Assembly: GCA_965200745.1 (NCBI GenBank)
Contig: CBDAUZ010000001.1
Location: forward strand, 1,115,152-1,179,151
DNA from: Alphaproteobacteria bacterium
GTDB lineage: Bacteria; Pseudomonadota; Alphaproteobacteria; SP197
Direction: 5' to 3'
Length of the DNA: 64,000 nt
Positions within the stretch are counted from its first letter, which is position 1, and each line of letters begins with the position of its first letter. The notes under the pieces were generated by a model, which worked only from the letters and a program-made list of their open reading frames with translations, searched no databases and had not been told where the DNA came from. The translations under genes and the position numbers were made by a program. Positions 9,709 through 22,500 of this stretch are shown one piece after another.

Positions 9709-12700
9709 ATGACTGCCCTGGACCGACTTCTCGAGACCTATCGCGGTGCTGCTCTGAGTGAACGCGACAAGGGCACGGCCTTTGAGAAGCTGGTCGCTGC
9801 CTGGCTTGTCAGTGACCCTGTCCAGGCGCGGCGTTTCAAACGCGCAGAGCTCTGGTCCGACTGGGCGCGCCGCGAGGGACAGGACCGTAGCGACACCGGG
9901 ATCGATCTTGTGGCGACGCGGCACGACGGCAGCCTTGCCGCCGTTCAGTGCAAGTTCTTCGACCAGGACCGGCGCATCCGCAAGGAAGACATCGACAGTT
10001 TCATGTCCGCGTCCGGGAAACAGGCCTATAGCGAGCGGCTGATTGTCGAGACCACTGACGTTCCGTGGAGCCCGCAGGCGGAGGAGATGCTGCGTGGCCA
10101 GGCGATTGCGACGACGCGGATTGGTCTGCGCGATCTCCAGGAAAGCCGGGTTGACTGGTCGGCGTTCGCGGCCAGCGGCGAGATCGCGCGCCCGAGCCCG
10201 AAGACCCTGCGTCCCGATCAGGTGGACGCGCTAAAGGCTGTCAGGGCCGGGCTGGCCGAGGCGGATCGGGGCAAGATCATCATGGCCTGCGGCACAGGCA
10301 AGACGTTGACCGCTCTCCGCATCGCCGAGGATCTGGCGGGCTCCGGTTCCTGTGTCCTGCTCATGGTTCCCTCTCTCGCGCTGATGGCACAATCGGTGCG
10401 CGAGTGGTGCGCTGATGCCCTGCTGCCGCTCACGGCCTTTGCCGTGTGCTCGGATACCCAGGTGGGCAAGCGCCGGCGCGGTCGCGACGACATTGCGGAG
10501 CTTGAAGTCACCGATCTTGCCTTTCCGGCGACGACCGATACCGGTTCGCTGGCACGGGCAGTTCTGGGTGCCGACAACACATCGATGCGGGTCGTTTTTG
10601 CGACTTACCAATCGATTTCGGTGATTGCGGCTGCACAGTCGGATCACGGCCTTCCCGCATTCGATCTGATTGTCTGTGATGAGGCGCATCGCACGACTGG
10701 CGTGACCTTTGCCGGTGAGAATCAGTCGAACTTCGTGAAGGTGCATGACAACGATGTCATTCGGGGCCGCAAGCGACTCTACATGACCGCCACGCCCCGC
10801 ATCTACGGCGAGAACGCGAAGTCGAAGGCACAGGACACGGATGCCGTGCTGGCCTCGATGGACGATCCCGCGCTCTATGGCGAGGTGCTGTTCCATCACG
10901 GTTTTGCCCGTGCCGTCGAGAGCGACATCCTGACGGACTACCGGGTGATTGTCCTGGTCATGGACGAGGGTCAGGTCAGCGCTGCGGTGCAGAAACGCCT
11001 GTCAGACCAGGCCAGCGGGCTTGTTCTCGATGACGCGACCAGGATCGTGGGTTGCTGGAAGGCCCTCTCCAAGGTGGGCCTGGAGGTGCCGGATGCGGAC
11101 GATGCCGCTCCCATGCGCCGTGCCATTGCGTTCTGCCGCAGCATTGCCAGCTCGGAGCTGGTCCGCGATGAATTCGAGCACGTTGTTGCCGAATTTCAGG
11201 CGGGACGCGGGGGTGAGGACCATGGTGACCTTGTCTGCGAAGTGCGTCATGTGGACGGCACCTACAATGCCCGCGACCGGGGCCGGCGCATGGACTGGTT
11301 GAAGGAGGACGCGGGAGCGAATGTCTGCCGGATCCTGAGCAACGCGAAATGCCTGACCGAGGGCGTTGATGTCCCGGCTCTTGATGCGATCCTGTTTCTG
11401 CATCCCCGCAACAGTCAGATTGATGTGGTGCAGGCGGTGGGCCGGGTGATGAGGAAGGCCGAGGGCAAACGGATGGGCTATGTCATCCTGCCGGTCGGTA
11501 TTCCGCCCGACATCCCTGCGGACCAGGCGTTGAACGACAACACGAAGTACCAGGTGGTCTGGCAGATCCTGAACGCGCTGCGCTCCCATGACGAACGCCT
11601 CGATGCGGTGATCAACCAGGGCGGGCTGGGCCAGGACATCAGCGATCGCATCGCCATTGTCGATGGCCGGTCACTGGCTGACAGCGAGGAACTTCAGGCC
11701 GTGACCGCGACAGTCGAGGAACTGCCGAGCCGAAAGCAAAGAGTCGGACCGGGCATCGGCGCGGGCGGCGGTGACGGGAACCGGCCTCGGCAGGAAGCTC
11801 TGGAGTTCGTGATTGACGAGTTCTCCAGCGCCGTCATGGCGAAGATCGTGGAGAAGTGCGGCACCCGCGACTACTGGGAGGACTGGGCGAAGGACATCGC
11901 CTTGATCGCGGAACAACATATTGTCCGGATCACCAGCGTTGTGGAGCAGCCTGGCAGCGACGCGCAGCAGTTCTTCCGGGACTTCCTGACCGAGCTCAGG
12001 GACGATCTCAACGAATCCGTCACGGAGCGCGATGCCGTCGAGATGCTGGCCCAGCACCTGATCACCCGCCCGGTCTTCGAGGCGCTGTTCGAGGATCATG
12101 CCTTTGTCGACCGGAACCCGGTCTCGGCGGCGATGACGGACGTGCTCTCGGTGATTGATGAAGCACAGGTCGAGCGCGAGTCGAAGAAACTCGAAGGATT
12201 CTATGCCTCGGTCCGCCGCCGAGCGCAGGGGATCACGGATCCGACGGCGCGGCAGAACCTTGTCATCGAGCTCTACGACACGTTCTTCCGGGGTGCCTTC
12301 CCGCGCATCACAGCGATGCTCGGTATCGTCTACACGCCGGTCGAGATCGTGGACTTCATCATCCACTCGGTGAACGACGTGCTGCGGACCGAGTTCGAGC
12401 AGACCCTGGGCTCGAAGGGTGTCCACATTCTTGACCCCTTTGCCGGCACGGGCACGTTCATTACGCGATTGCTGCAGTCAAGCCTGATTGCGCCCGAGGA
12501 TCTGGAGCGCAAGTACCGCGAAGAGATCCATGCCAACGAGATCGTGCTGCTCGCCTACTATATCGCGGCCATCAACGTCGAGACGGTCTTCCATGCGGTT
12601 GCCGGACGCGAAGACTATCTGCCTTACGAGAACATCTGTCTCACCGACACCTTCGGGTTGCACGAGGGCGAAGACGAGCTGTCCTTCTACATGAAGGACA

Positions 12701-14592
12701 ACACCGATCGCCGGGAGCGCCAGAAGGACACGGACATTCGGGTCATCATCGGCAATCCTCCCTATTCGGCAGTCCAGAGAAGCGAGAACGACAACGCGAA
12801 GAACGTGGAATATGCACGGCTCGACCAGCGAATACGGTCGACCTACGCAGAACGCTCCCGTGCCGCACTTCTACAGAATCTCTATGACAGCTACATCCGG
12901 GCGATCCGCTGGGGTACGGACCGGCTCGGCAACGCAGGAGTGATGGCGTTTGTGTCTGGCAGCGCCTGGATCGAACGTTCTTTTGCCGACGGGATGCGCA
13001 CGTGCCTTGCCGAAGAGTTCTCGAGCATCCATGTCTTTCACCTGCGCGGCGATATTCGCAAGAACATGTTGTCGAGTGGCCGGGCTGGCGAGGGCGGGAA
13101 CGTATTCGGTCAGGGCAGCATGACCGGGGTGGCCATCACAGTCTTTGTGAAGAACCCGGATGCTGACGAACAGGGCCGGATATTCTTTCATGACATCGGG
13201 GACTGGCTCGATCGGCAGCAGAAGCTGGCAAGGATCCGTGAATTCGGCAGCATCGAGGGGATCAAAAGAGAAGACGCATGGACGAGGATTGCGCCCGACC
13301 GGCATGGCGACTGGCTGGATCAGCGTGACGACGCCTTTGAGAAGCATCTGAAGATCGGGGACAAGAGGGACAAGGACGCGACAGTTCTGTTCGACAACTA
13401 CTCTTCCGGAGTAGTGACAAATCGGGATTCCTGGTGCATCAACCCTTCCCGGACGGCACTGGCCCGGAACATCGAAGCGACGATCGCCTTCTATAACGAC
13501 GAGGTGGTCCGCTGGCAGAATGCAGAGGCGTCCGGTCAAACCTCGCTGTCGATTTCGGATTTCGTCAATCCCGACGCGACGCGTATCAGCTGGAGCCGCG
13601 CACTCAAGCAAGATGTGCGCAAAGGCAAGCGCCTGGACTTGAAGGACGGCCAGTTCGTACGCTGCATGTACCGTCCGTTCACGAAGCAATGGCAGTTCTA
13701 CAGCCGCCGTCTCAACGATAGGGTCTCCCAGATACCCCGTATCTTCCCGGATGGAGAATTGCCCAACCGGGTGATCGCGGTGACAGGAAAGGGCGCCCGA
13801 TCGGGGTTTTCCGCCCTGATGATGGATACACTCCCCAACTTACACACGATAGATACTGGCCAGTGTTTTCCAATGTGGCTCTACGAGGAGAACGAACCCC
13901 AGGTCGGCGGGCTTCTGAGAGGGCTCGCTACTGGTACCGCTTACCGCCGCCGGGAAGCGATCACGGACGCAGGCGTCGAGCACTTCCGCATGGCGTGGCC
14001 CGGTGAGAGCATCACGCACGAGGACATATTCCATTACGTATACGGATTGCTGCACTCGGAGGACTTCCGCAGCCGTTTCGCGGCGAACCTCGCGAAGGAC
14101 CTGCCGCGCATCCCCTGTGTGCGGTCATTGGAAGATTATCGTGCCTTCCGCGATGCCGGCCGGAAGCTGGGTGAACTGCATGTCGGTTACGAAGCCGTCG
14201 ATCCCTGTCCAGATGCCGTCATCGACACCGGCGGTGCGCGGCTGCCGGAAAACCCGGAGATCGCCTACCGGGTCACCGGGATGAAGCACCCGGGTAGGGG
14301 CAAGACCAAGGATCGATCAACAGTCATCTACAACAACCACATCACGATCAGGGAGATTCCCGACGCTGCATGGGACTACGTCGTCAACGGCAAGCCCGCA
14401 CTCTCCTGGGTCATGGCGCGGCAATGCGTGAAGACCGACAAGGCAAGCGGTATCGTCAGCGACGCCAACCGGTATGCAGTCGAGACCGTCGGTGATCCGC
14501 GCTATCCGCTCGACCTGTTCCTGCGGATGATCACGGTCAGCCTGGAGACCCTGCACATCATGCGGTCCCTTCCGGCATTGTCGATCGATTGA
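9709..14592 (+). CDS. Type ISP restriction-modification enzyme (LlaGI/LlaBIII-like): Mrr-like nuclease, SF2 helicase, N6-adenine MTase, target recognition domain
   Basis: DTGID...VQCK nuclease; MACGTGKT, DEAH, MTATP, QAVGRVMR helicase motifs; DPFAGTG and NPPY MTase motifs; GAAGGGA RBS before ATG 9709. Confidence 0.93.
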   Translation: MTALDRLLETYRGAALSERDKGTAFEKLVAAWLVSDPVQARRFKRAELWSDWARREGQDRSDTGIDLVATRHDGSLAAVQCKFFDQDRRIRKEDIDSFMSASGKQAYSERLIVETTDVPWSPQAEEMLRGQAIATTRIGLRDLQESRVDWSAFAASGEIARPSPKTLRPDQVDALKAVRAGLAEADRGKIIMACGTGKTLTALRIAEDLAGSGSCVLLMVPSLALMAQSVREWCADALLPLTAFAVCSDTQVGKRRRGRDDIAELEVTDLAFPATTDTGSLARAVLGADNTSMRVVFATYQSISVIAAAQSDHGLPAFDLIVCDEAHRTTGVTFAGENQSNFVKVHDNDVIRGRKRLYMTATPRIYGENAKSKAQDTDAVLASMDDPALYGEVLFHHGFARAVESDILTDYRVIVLVMDEGQVSAAVQKRLSDQASGLVLDDATRIVGCWKALSKVGLEVPDADDAAPMRRAIAFCRSIASSELVRDEFEHVVAEFQAGRGGEDHGDLVCEVRHVDGTYNARDRGRRMDWLKEDAGANVCRILSNAKCLTEGVDVPALDAILFLHPRNSQIDVVQAVGRVMRKAEGKRMGYVILPVGIPPDIPADQALNDNTKYQVVWQILNALRSHDERLDAVINQGGLGQDISDRIAIVDGRSLADSEELQAVTATVEELPSRKQRVGPGIGAGGGDGNRPRQEALEFVIDEFSSAVMAKIVEKCGTRDYWEDWAKDIALIAEQHIVRITSVVEQPGSDAQQFFRDFLTELRDDLNESVTERDAVEMLAQHLITRPVFEALFEDHAFVDRNPVSAAMTDVLSVIDEAQVERESKKLEGFYASVRRRAQGITDPTARQNLVIELYDTFFRGAFPRITAMLGIVYTPVEIVDFIIHSVNDVLRTEFEQTLGSKGVHILDPFAGTGTFITRLLQSSLIAPEDLERKYREEIHANEIVLLAYYIAAINVETVFHAVAGREDYLPYENICLTDTFGLHEGEDELSFYMKDNTDRRERQKDTDIRVIIGNPPYSAVQRSENDNAKNVEYARLDQRIRSTYAERSRAALLQNLYDSYIRAIRWGTDRLGNAGVMAFVSGSAWIERSFADGMRTCLAEEFSSIHVFHLRGDIRKNMLSSGRAGEGGNVFGQGSMTGVAITVFVKNPDADEQGRIFFHDIGDWLDRQQKLARIREFGSIEGIKREDAWTRIAPDRHGDWLDQRDDAFEKHLKIGDKRDKDATVLFDNYSSGVVTNRDSWCINPSRTALARNIEATIAFYNDEVVRWQNAEASGQTSLSISDFVNPDATRISWSRALKQDVRKGKRLDLKDGQFVRCMYRPFTKQWQFYSRRLNDRVSQIPRIFPDGELPNRVIAVTGKGARSGFSALMMDTLPNLHTIDTGQCFPMWLYEENEPQVGGLLRGLATGTAYRRREAITDAGVEHFRMAWPGESITHEDIFHYVYGLLHSEDFRSRFAANLAKDLPRIPCVRSLEDYRAFRDAGRKLGELHVGYEAVDPCPDAVIDTGGARLPENPEIAYRVTGMKHPGRGKTKDRSTVIYNNHITIREIPDAAWDYVVNGKPALSWVMARQCVKTDKASGIVSDANRYAVETVGDPRYPLDLFLRMITVSLETLHIMRSLPALSID

Positions 14593-14653
14593 ACACCTTC
14601 GGCAAGACCAGGCTCGGGCCTGATACTCGCTCATTGTTCCTGAAGCGACGGGG
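14593..14653. repeat. Dispersed repeat copy 1 (paired with 32445-32499)
   Basis: Shared blocks ACACCTTCG, ACCAGG, CTGAT and a 25-nt core GCTCATTGTTCYTGAAGCGACRGGG (23/25 identical). Confidence 0.75.
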
Positions 14654-14662
14654 TGCCGTCTG

Positions 14663-15112
14663 ATGAAACCCCATGCGTTTCAGAATGGCACCTCCATGAA
14701 CTTTGTCGGACTGAAGCGCGACCGCGACCAGGCTGACGTCATCGCATTCCTGAACGAAGTGAGCGACAGCCCAATCGATTTCGGGGTCGCGGTGGCTGCG
14801 TCGATGGCTCCTCCGGAGGCGGAAGATTACGGCGTCATGGTCGCGGCGCCCGAAGCGTCCGAGACCTTCGACGCCTGCGCGACTTGCCACTCGGAGCGGA
14901 TCGTTGCACAGCAGGGACTGATGCGTGAGCAATGGTCCGAGCTCCTGGACTGGGTGGTCGAGGAGCAAGAGATGGAACCGATGGAAGCTGGTGCGCGCGA
15001 CATTATCCTCGCCTATCTGGCCGAACACTGCGGCCCGACCGCCCGAACGTACCGGGCAGGTGAACTGTCCGACTGGACTTTTGCCATCTGCCCGATAGAG
15101 TTGCGCGTGTGA
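14663..15112 (+). pseudogene. 5'-truncated c-type cytochrome (SoxE-like two-domain protein)
   Basis: Begins with a class I cytochrome c C-terminal half (GTSMNFVGLK...ADVIAFL) lacking its CxxCH and signal peptide; second domain retains CATCH. Confidence 0.7.
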
Positions 15113-15516
15113 TGAACGTTACCGATCCGGACATTCGTGAACGGCTGCGCGGTGCTGGGCTTCGACCCACACGGCAACGCCTTGGCTTGGCGCGACTGTT
15201 GTTCTCCGGGGCGCCCCGGCATGTCAGCGCTGAAGGGCTGATGAGAGAGGCGCGCGCGGCCGGAGTGCGTGTTTCGCTGGCCACGGTCTATAACGCCCTT
15301 AATCAATTTGTCGGTGCCGGATTGCTGAGACGGGTGGATGTCGAACCGGGCCGCGCCTGTTTCGACACCAATCTGGCCACTCATCACCACTTCTATGACA
15401 GCAGTACCGGCGAACTGATCGATTTCGATGCCGAAACGGTCGGCATTACAGGCCTGCCGAAAGCGCCTGGCGACAAGACGGTGGAACGCATCGACCTGGT
15501 GGTGCGCATTCGCTGA
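15109..15516 (+). CDS. irr: Fur-family regulator, Irr-like
   Basis: GLRPTRQR, VSLATVYNAL, HHH motif (THHHFYD) typical of Irr. Confidence 0.82.
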   Translation: MMNVTDPDIRERLRGAGLRPTRQRLGLARLLFSGAPRHVSAEGLMREARAAGVRVSLATVYNALNQFVGAGLLRRVDVEPGRACFDTNLATHHHFYDSSTGELIDFDAETVGITGLPKAPGDKTVERIDLVVRIR

Positions 15517-15549
15517 CACGACTACACAGCGAATGATAACCGGGAAATA

Positions 15550-15598
15550 GTTAGAATCATTCCAAGCTGTTGACGGTTCAGTTCCGGCATTTTACAAA
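15550..15598 (+). promoter_or_regulatory. ICE-like Irr operator next to a putative sigma70 promoter of katG
   Basis: GTTAGAATCATTCCAAG (15550-15566) versus consensus TTTRGAAYNRTTCYAAA; TTGACG-17 nt-TACAAA at 15570-15598. Confidence 0.65.
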
Positions 15599-15724
15599 TA
15601 TGCGTAACGTTGACTTCCGCAGGACGCCTCAGTGAGGCCGGTATTTGCAGGAGTCGGCGTGCATGCATGAGGAATACGAACAGATGTCCGTGCTCGGGAC
15701 GGCAGATCCCAATGAAGCGCGTGA

Positions 15725-17938
<2,214 letters not shown>

Positions 17939-17945
17939 TGCTGGT

Positions 17946-18039
17946 GGGTTATCCAGCCGGCGTGGCCGGTCGGATAACCCCGCAAAACTTTCCGTCTCGA
18001 GGCGGGGACAGTCCTATCGAATGGACCGTCCCCGCCTTT
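17946..18039 (+). terminator. Two tandem hairpins after katG; second is a probable intrinsic terminator
   Basis: GGGTTATCC...GGATAACCC (17946-17980); GGCGGGGAC...GTCCCCGCC followed by TTT (18001-18039). Confidence 0.6.
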
Positions 18040-18168
18040 GTACGTTAAGTCCACGCCCTTCGGCGATTTCGACTGACCGGAACGCAACGGAGTTGTAGAG
18101 CCATCACCGCTCTTGTGGGTTGGCGGGCAGTATCACCTCAACCGAAAAACAAAATTCAAACACAGGGT

Positions 18169-18221
18169 GAACATATGTTGTACATTCAACGAAAACAGTT
18201 CATATTGTACACCATTCGTTC
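18169..18221. promoter_or_regulatory. Two alphaproteobacterial LexA-like boxes upstream of yhaO/yhaN
   Basis: GAAC-N7-GTAC (18169-18183) and GTAC-N7-GTTC (18207-18221), each one mismatch from GTTC-N7-GTTC or its complement. Confidence 0.5.
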
Positions 18222-18321
18222 CGCCAGATCATGAACACTTATCGCAGATCACTTTGAAGTCTCGGAAAAGGTTTGTTGGTAATCGGGCGCAACAGTCAGT
18301 CAACTCGCCCCGTGTGATCTC

Positions 18322-19584
18322 GTGACAAGTTTTTCGTTTGTACACTGCGCCGATATTCATCTCGACAGCCCGCTCAAAGGGTTATCGAGACGTGACGGCC
18401 ACGCGCCGGAACGAATCCGGGTTGCAGTCCGACAGGCATTTGAAAAACTGATCGACGACGCGGTCGACGCACAGGTCAGTTTTGTCGTGATCGCAGGTGA
18501 CCTCTACGACGGAGACTGGCGGGACTTCAACACGGGTCTCTACTTTGTCAGACAGATGGGCAAACTCCGTGAAGCCGGAATTCGTGTTTACGTCTGTTTC
18601 GGCAACCATGATGCTGCAAGCGAGATAACGCGAAGTCTCTCACTTCCGGACAATGTTCACGTCTTTCCGTCAAAACATGCCGGTACTTTCCGTCTGGAAG
18701 ATATTGGGGTTTCCATTCACGGTCGCAGCTATCCGGAAAAAGCGGTGACCGAAAACCTGGTTCCATCCTACCCGGTTCCCGACAGAAACAGTTTCAATAT
18801 TGGTCTCCTGCATACAGGCTTGGGAGGCCTCGGCGGTCACATGAACTATGCCCCCTGTACATGTGAGGAACTGGTTGCATTCGGATATGATTACTGGGCA
18901 CTCGGTCATGTTCACGGCGCAAGAATACTCAACCGCAATCCCTGGGTTGTATATCCAGGGAACATCCAGGGCAGGAACATCCGTGAGACCGGCCCGAAAG
19001 GATACGCACGCGTCGAAGTCAACGATGGAAAGGTCACCTGTCGCAATGTCGCGATAGACGTCGTTCGTTGGCACAGGACTGTCGTTGATCTGGATGGTTG
19101 TGCGGATAAGGACGATTCAATTTTACGGTTGAGCGAACAGATAACCCGGGACCTGGACGAACACGCGGACGGACGACTGCTGGTTTGCAGGATCGAATTT
19201 TGTGGCGCGACGACGCTCCATGGCTGGTTGCACAGGGAACAGGACTGGGTTCTTGCCCAGGCACAGGCGATAGCAGAGGGCATCGGTGACGAACGCGCGT
19301 GGATCGAAAGTGTTGAAATCAAGACGACATCCAGACAACGGACTGTTGTCAGCGACGATTCACTCATGCACCTCAGGGAATTGCTCAATACCACTGCAGG
19401 AACTCCGGATTTCCGTAAGTTGATGGATGACGAGATCAACAGGCTGATTGCATCACTCCCGCACGAAGTCCGGACGAATTCGCAGGACGGTTTGTTGGCG
19501 ACAGCTGGAAATCGGGAGTTTGGTACTCTGGTCGACGACGCAGTAGTCCATGTTCTCGGTCGCCTTACCGGCACGGATGATTGA
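18322..19584 (+). CDS. Mre11/SbcD-like metallophosphoesterase nuclease (YhaO family)
   Basis: ADIH, AGD, GNHD, GLLH, ALGHVH motifs; PGNIQGR. Confidence 0.9.
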   Translation: MTSFSFVHCADIHLDSPLKGLSRRDGHAPERIRVAVRQAFEKLIDDAVDAQVSFVVIAGDLYDGDWRDFNTGLYFVRQMGKLREAGIRVYVCFGNHDAASEITRSLSLPDNVHVFPSKHAGTFRLEDIGVSIHGRSYPEKAVTENLVPSYPVPDRNSFNIGLLHTGLGGLGGHMNYAPCTCEELVAFGYDYWALGHVHGARILNRNPWVVYPGNIQGRNIRETGPKGYARVEVNDGKVTCRNVAIDVVRWHRTVVDLDGCADKDDSILRLSEQITRDLDEHADGRLLVCRIEFCGATTLHGWLHREQDWVLAQAQAIAEGIGDERAWIESVEIKTTSRQRTVVSDDSLMHLRELLNTTAGTPDFRKLMDDEINRLIASLPHEVRTNSQDGLLATAGNREFGTLVDDAVVHVLGRLTGTDD

Positions 19585-19586
19585 TC

Positions 19587-22500
19587 ATGCGTTTGCGTCG
19601 ACTTGATCTCATCAAATATGGGCATTTCACTGGACAGTCACTTGCGTTTCCCGATCGTCCAGATGATCTGCACCTCGTATTCGGCGCAAACGAAGCGGGA
19701 AAGTCGACGTCACGCAATGCGTTTGAAGACGTTCTTTTCGGGATTGAGCCGCAATCGTCATACGACTTCCTGCATTCATACAAGAACATGCTCATCGGCA
19801 CCGAACTGGAAAGGGACGGTCGGACATTCGGGTTTCGCCGCCGCAAGGGAAGCAGCAACACGTTGCAGAATTTTGACGGTACGCTGATAAGGGATGCGAC
19901 AGCGCTGGATTTCTTTATCGGCGGGATCGACAGGAATCACTTCAATCGGCTGTTTTGCCTCAATCATGACCGACTGCGCGAAGGCGGCAGGGGCATCATT
20001 GAACCGCAATCAGATGCAAGTGGCGTGATCTTTGAGGCAGGGGCCGGTGTTTCGGATGTCGCGGAAGTACTGGAGTCGCTCGAACAGGAATCCAGGGCAC
20101 TTTTCAATCCGAACAGACAGGCCAGAAGACACAGGCTCCATGAGCTTGGCGAACAACTGAAATCTGCGCAAGCCACGCTTCAGGACGCGGTTGAGTCCAC
20201 CGAGTCATGGAACCAGATCCGCGACGACCATGACCTGAAGGAGCGGAAGCTGAAGGAACTGCGGGCGCAGAAAGCCGAATTGTTGCGTGAACAAAACAAA
20301 AAACAGTTCGTGCTCAAGGTTCTGCCTCACGTCAGGCAACGCATGGTACTCGGCAAGGAACTGGATGAAATCACCGACGTCGTCACATTACGCGGCGATG
20401 AGGATGAGAGATATCATGACGCGCGTTCGAGGTTCGCCAAGGGTGAGGGAAGCATCGCCACTCTCTGGGAAAAGGCAGACAAACTGGTGGCAGAGAAAGA
20501 GGCACTCACGACGGACGACGCACTGACGTCGCGGTCCGACGACATCCGGTTGCTCAATGAACGCCGGATTGAGCTGGGACCTGAACGGGATGATCTTCCC
20601 AAACGACGTGACGACCTGCGTCGCCTTATTGGAGATCTGCGTAAACTGGCTGCAAAACTCGGTTGGACCCAGAGTGACGACGATGCCTTGTTGCAACGTG
20701 TGCCTGAATCCGCACAGCTTGCACGGATCGATGCGCTCTCGAAGCAGCGTCCGCTGCTCGGGTTGGAGATTCAGAACGCCACGTCAGAGCTTGAAAATGA
20801 TCAATCGCGGACCCGCAGGGCCGGGCAAGAACTGGAGAGACTCGGTAACGTGCGTGATCCGTTACATATTCTGGCAGCGGAAAAGAACGTCGAAATCTTG
20901 TCTGATCTGGTAACAGCCCGGATCGAATCGGAAAACGAACATTTCAGATTAAGGGAACAGGCTGCGGAACAATGTGCACCGTTGCTGGCATGTGTTTCCG
21001 ACGAGACCGCATTGACAAGACTGACCGTGCCATCGCTCGAATTGATCGGGGCACACAAGGAAAGGGTTGCGGCGCATACGGTCGAGATTGACAATTGTGA
21101 TCGGGAAATCAATCGCCTTGCACAAATTGCAAGCGAACGATGTGCAGAGCGTGAAAGAATCACGCGTTCGGATTCGGTGATTACAGATCTGGAAATCAGA
21201 AAGTTGCGTGATCGGCGTGGCAGTTCCTGGAAACAGATCCGAAGCGTGTTGGTGCGCGAGATATCTCTTCCCGACGACGGGCGAAACCGGCTCGCCGAGC
21301 GTTTTGAACAAGAGACCACTGCGGCGGACCAGGCTGCCGACACACGTTTCGCTGATGCATCGCTTATTGCGAAACTCGAGGAAGTCGATCAGGCAATCTT
21401 GACGGCACGGTCAAGTCTCGAAACCAAGCGGGACTACAGGAAGAGACTCGAGGAAAAATCCCTGCAGCACAAGGCACAGTGGAGAGAAATGTGGCCCGAC
21501 ATTGATCGATTGCCGGATTCTGCGGCAATGGAGAAATGGGTTGGTGATCACGGTCGTGCACTTGAAACAATCGCCCGACGGAACGCAGCAGCACAGTCTG
21601 TCCTTGAACTTGAACACAAGGAGACCGAAGCATGCAATCACCTGCTGAAAGATCTTTGTGCGCTTGGAATGGATGTATCATCTCTTGCACATGCGTCTGC
21701 CCAGGGTTTTGCAGAGACTGCGCGACAGTATCTTTCCGAAATTCGTGTTCGCAAGGACAGGATTGAGGAAAAGGCTGCTGAAAAGCGGGACCTAGAGTAC
21801 ACGGAGAGGGCGACTACCGCCAAACTTGAACAGATTCAGGCGAATTTCGATGAATTTCTTCGGACGTCGCAATCCGAGATTGCAGGCCTGTGTGATGTTC
21901 CCGGCGTTCATTTGTCGGATATTGTCGAAACACTCAAGGAACTTCGGAAACTCAAGGAGTCCGTCACTGATCTTCAGGATCTGAGAATCAGGAAGATTGA
22001 GCGTGACATCACGGAATTTGACAACACCGTTCGACAGTTGGTCATGGATGTTGCTGACGACCTGCCGACTGACGATCCGGAGCAGTGCACGCAAAGACTT
22101 GTCTGCAGACTTGAGCAGGCACAAAAAACGCGTGAAGCATACGACAGGTTATCTGCAGAAATCATGGAATGTCGCGAGCAGATTGAGGTTGCAGAACAGT
22201 CTCGGCGTAACGCAAAGAACACCATCAAGGAATTGATGACATTGCTCGGCGTCTCGACCGAAACGGAAATAACTGACGCGATTGAGCGTGCGAAAAAAGC
22301 GGCGAACCTGAAGAACCGAATTCAGGAACTCTCTGAAACACTCGCGCAGACGGGAGGCGGATTATCGCTGCGGGAACTCGAGGCACTGTGCGACGGTGTC
22401 GATGAACGCGAATTCGAGTTACATGTCGACGAGTGTGCAGCGCAGATCAGGGAACTCGATGAGAAAATCGAGGAAACAGCCCTGCAATACAAGGATGCAA

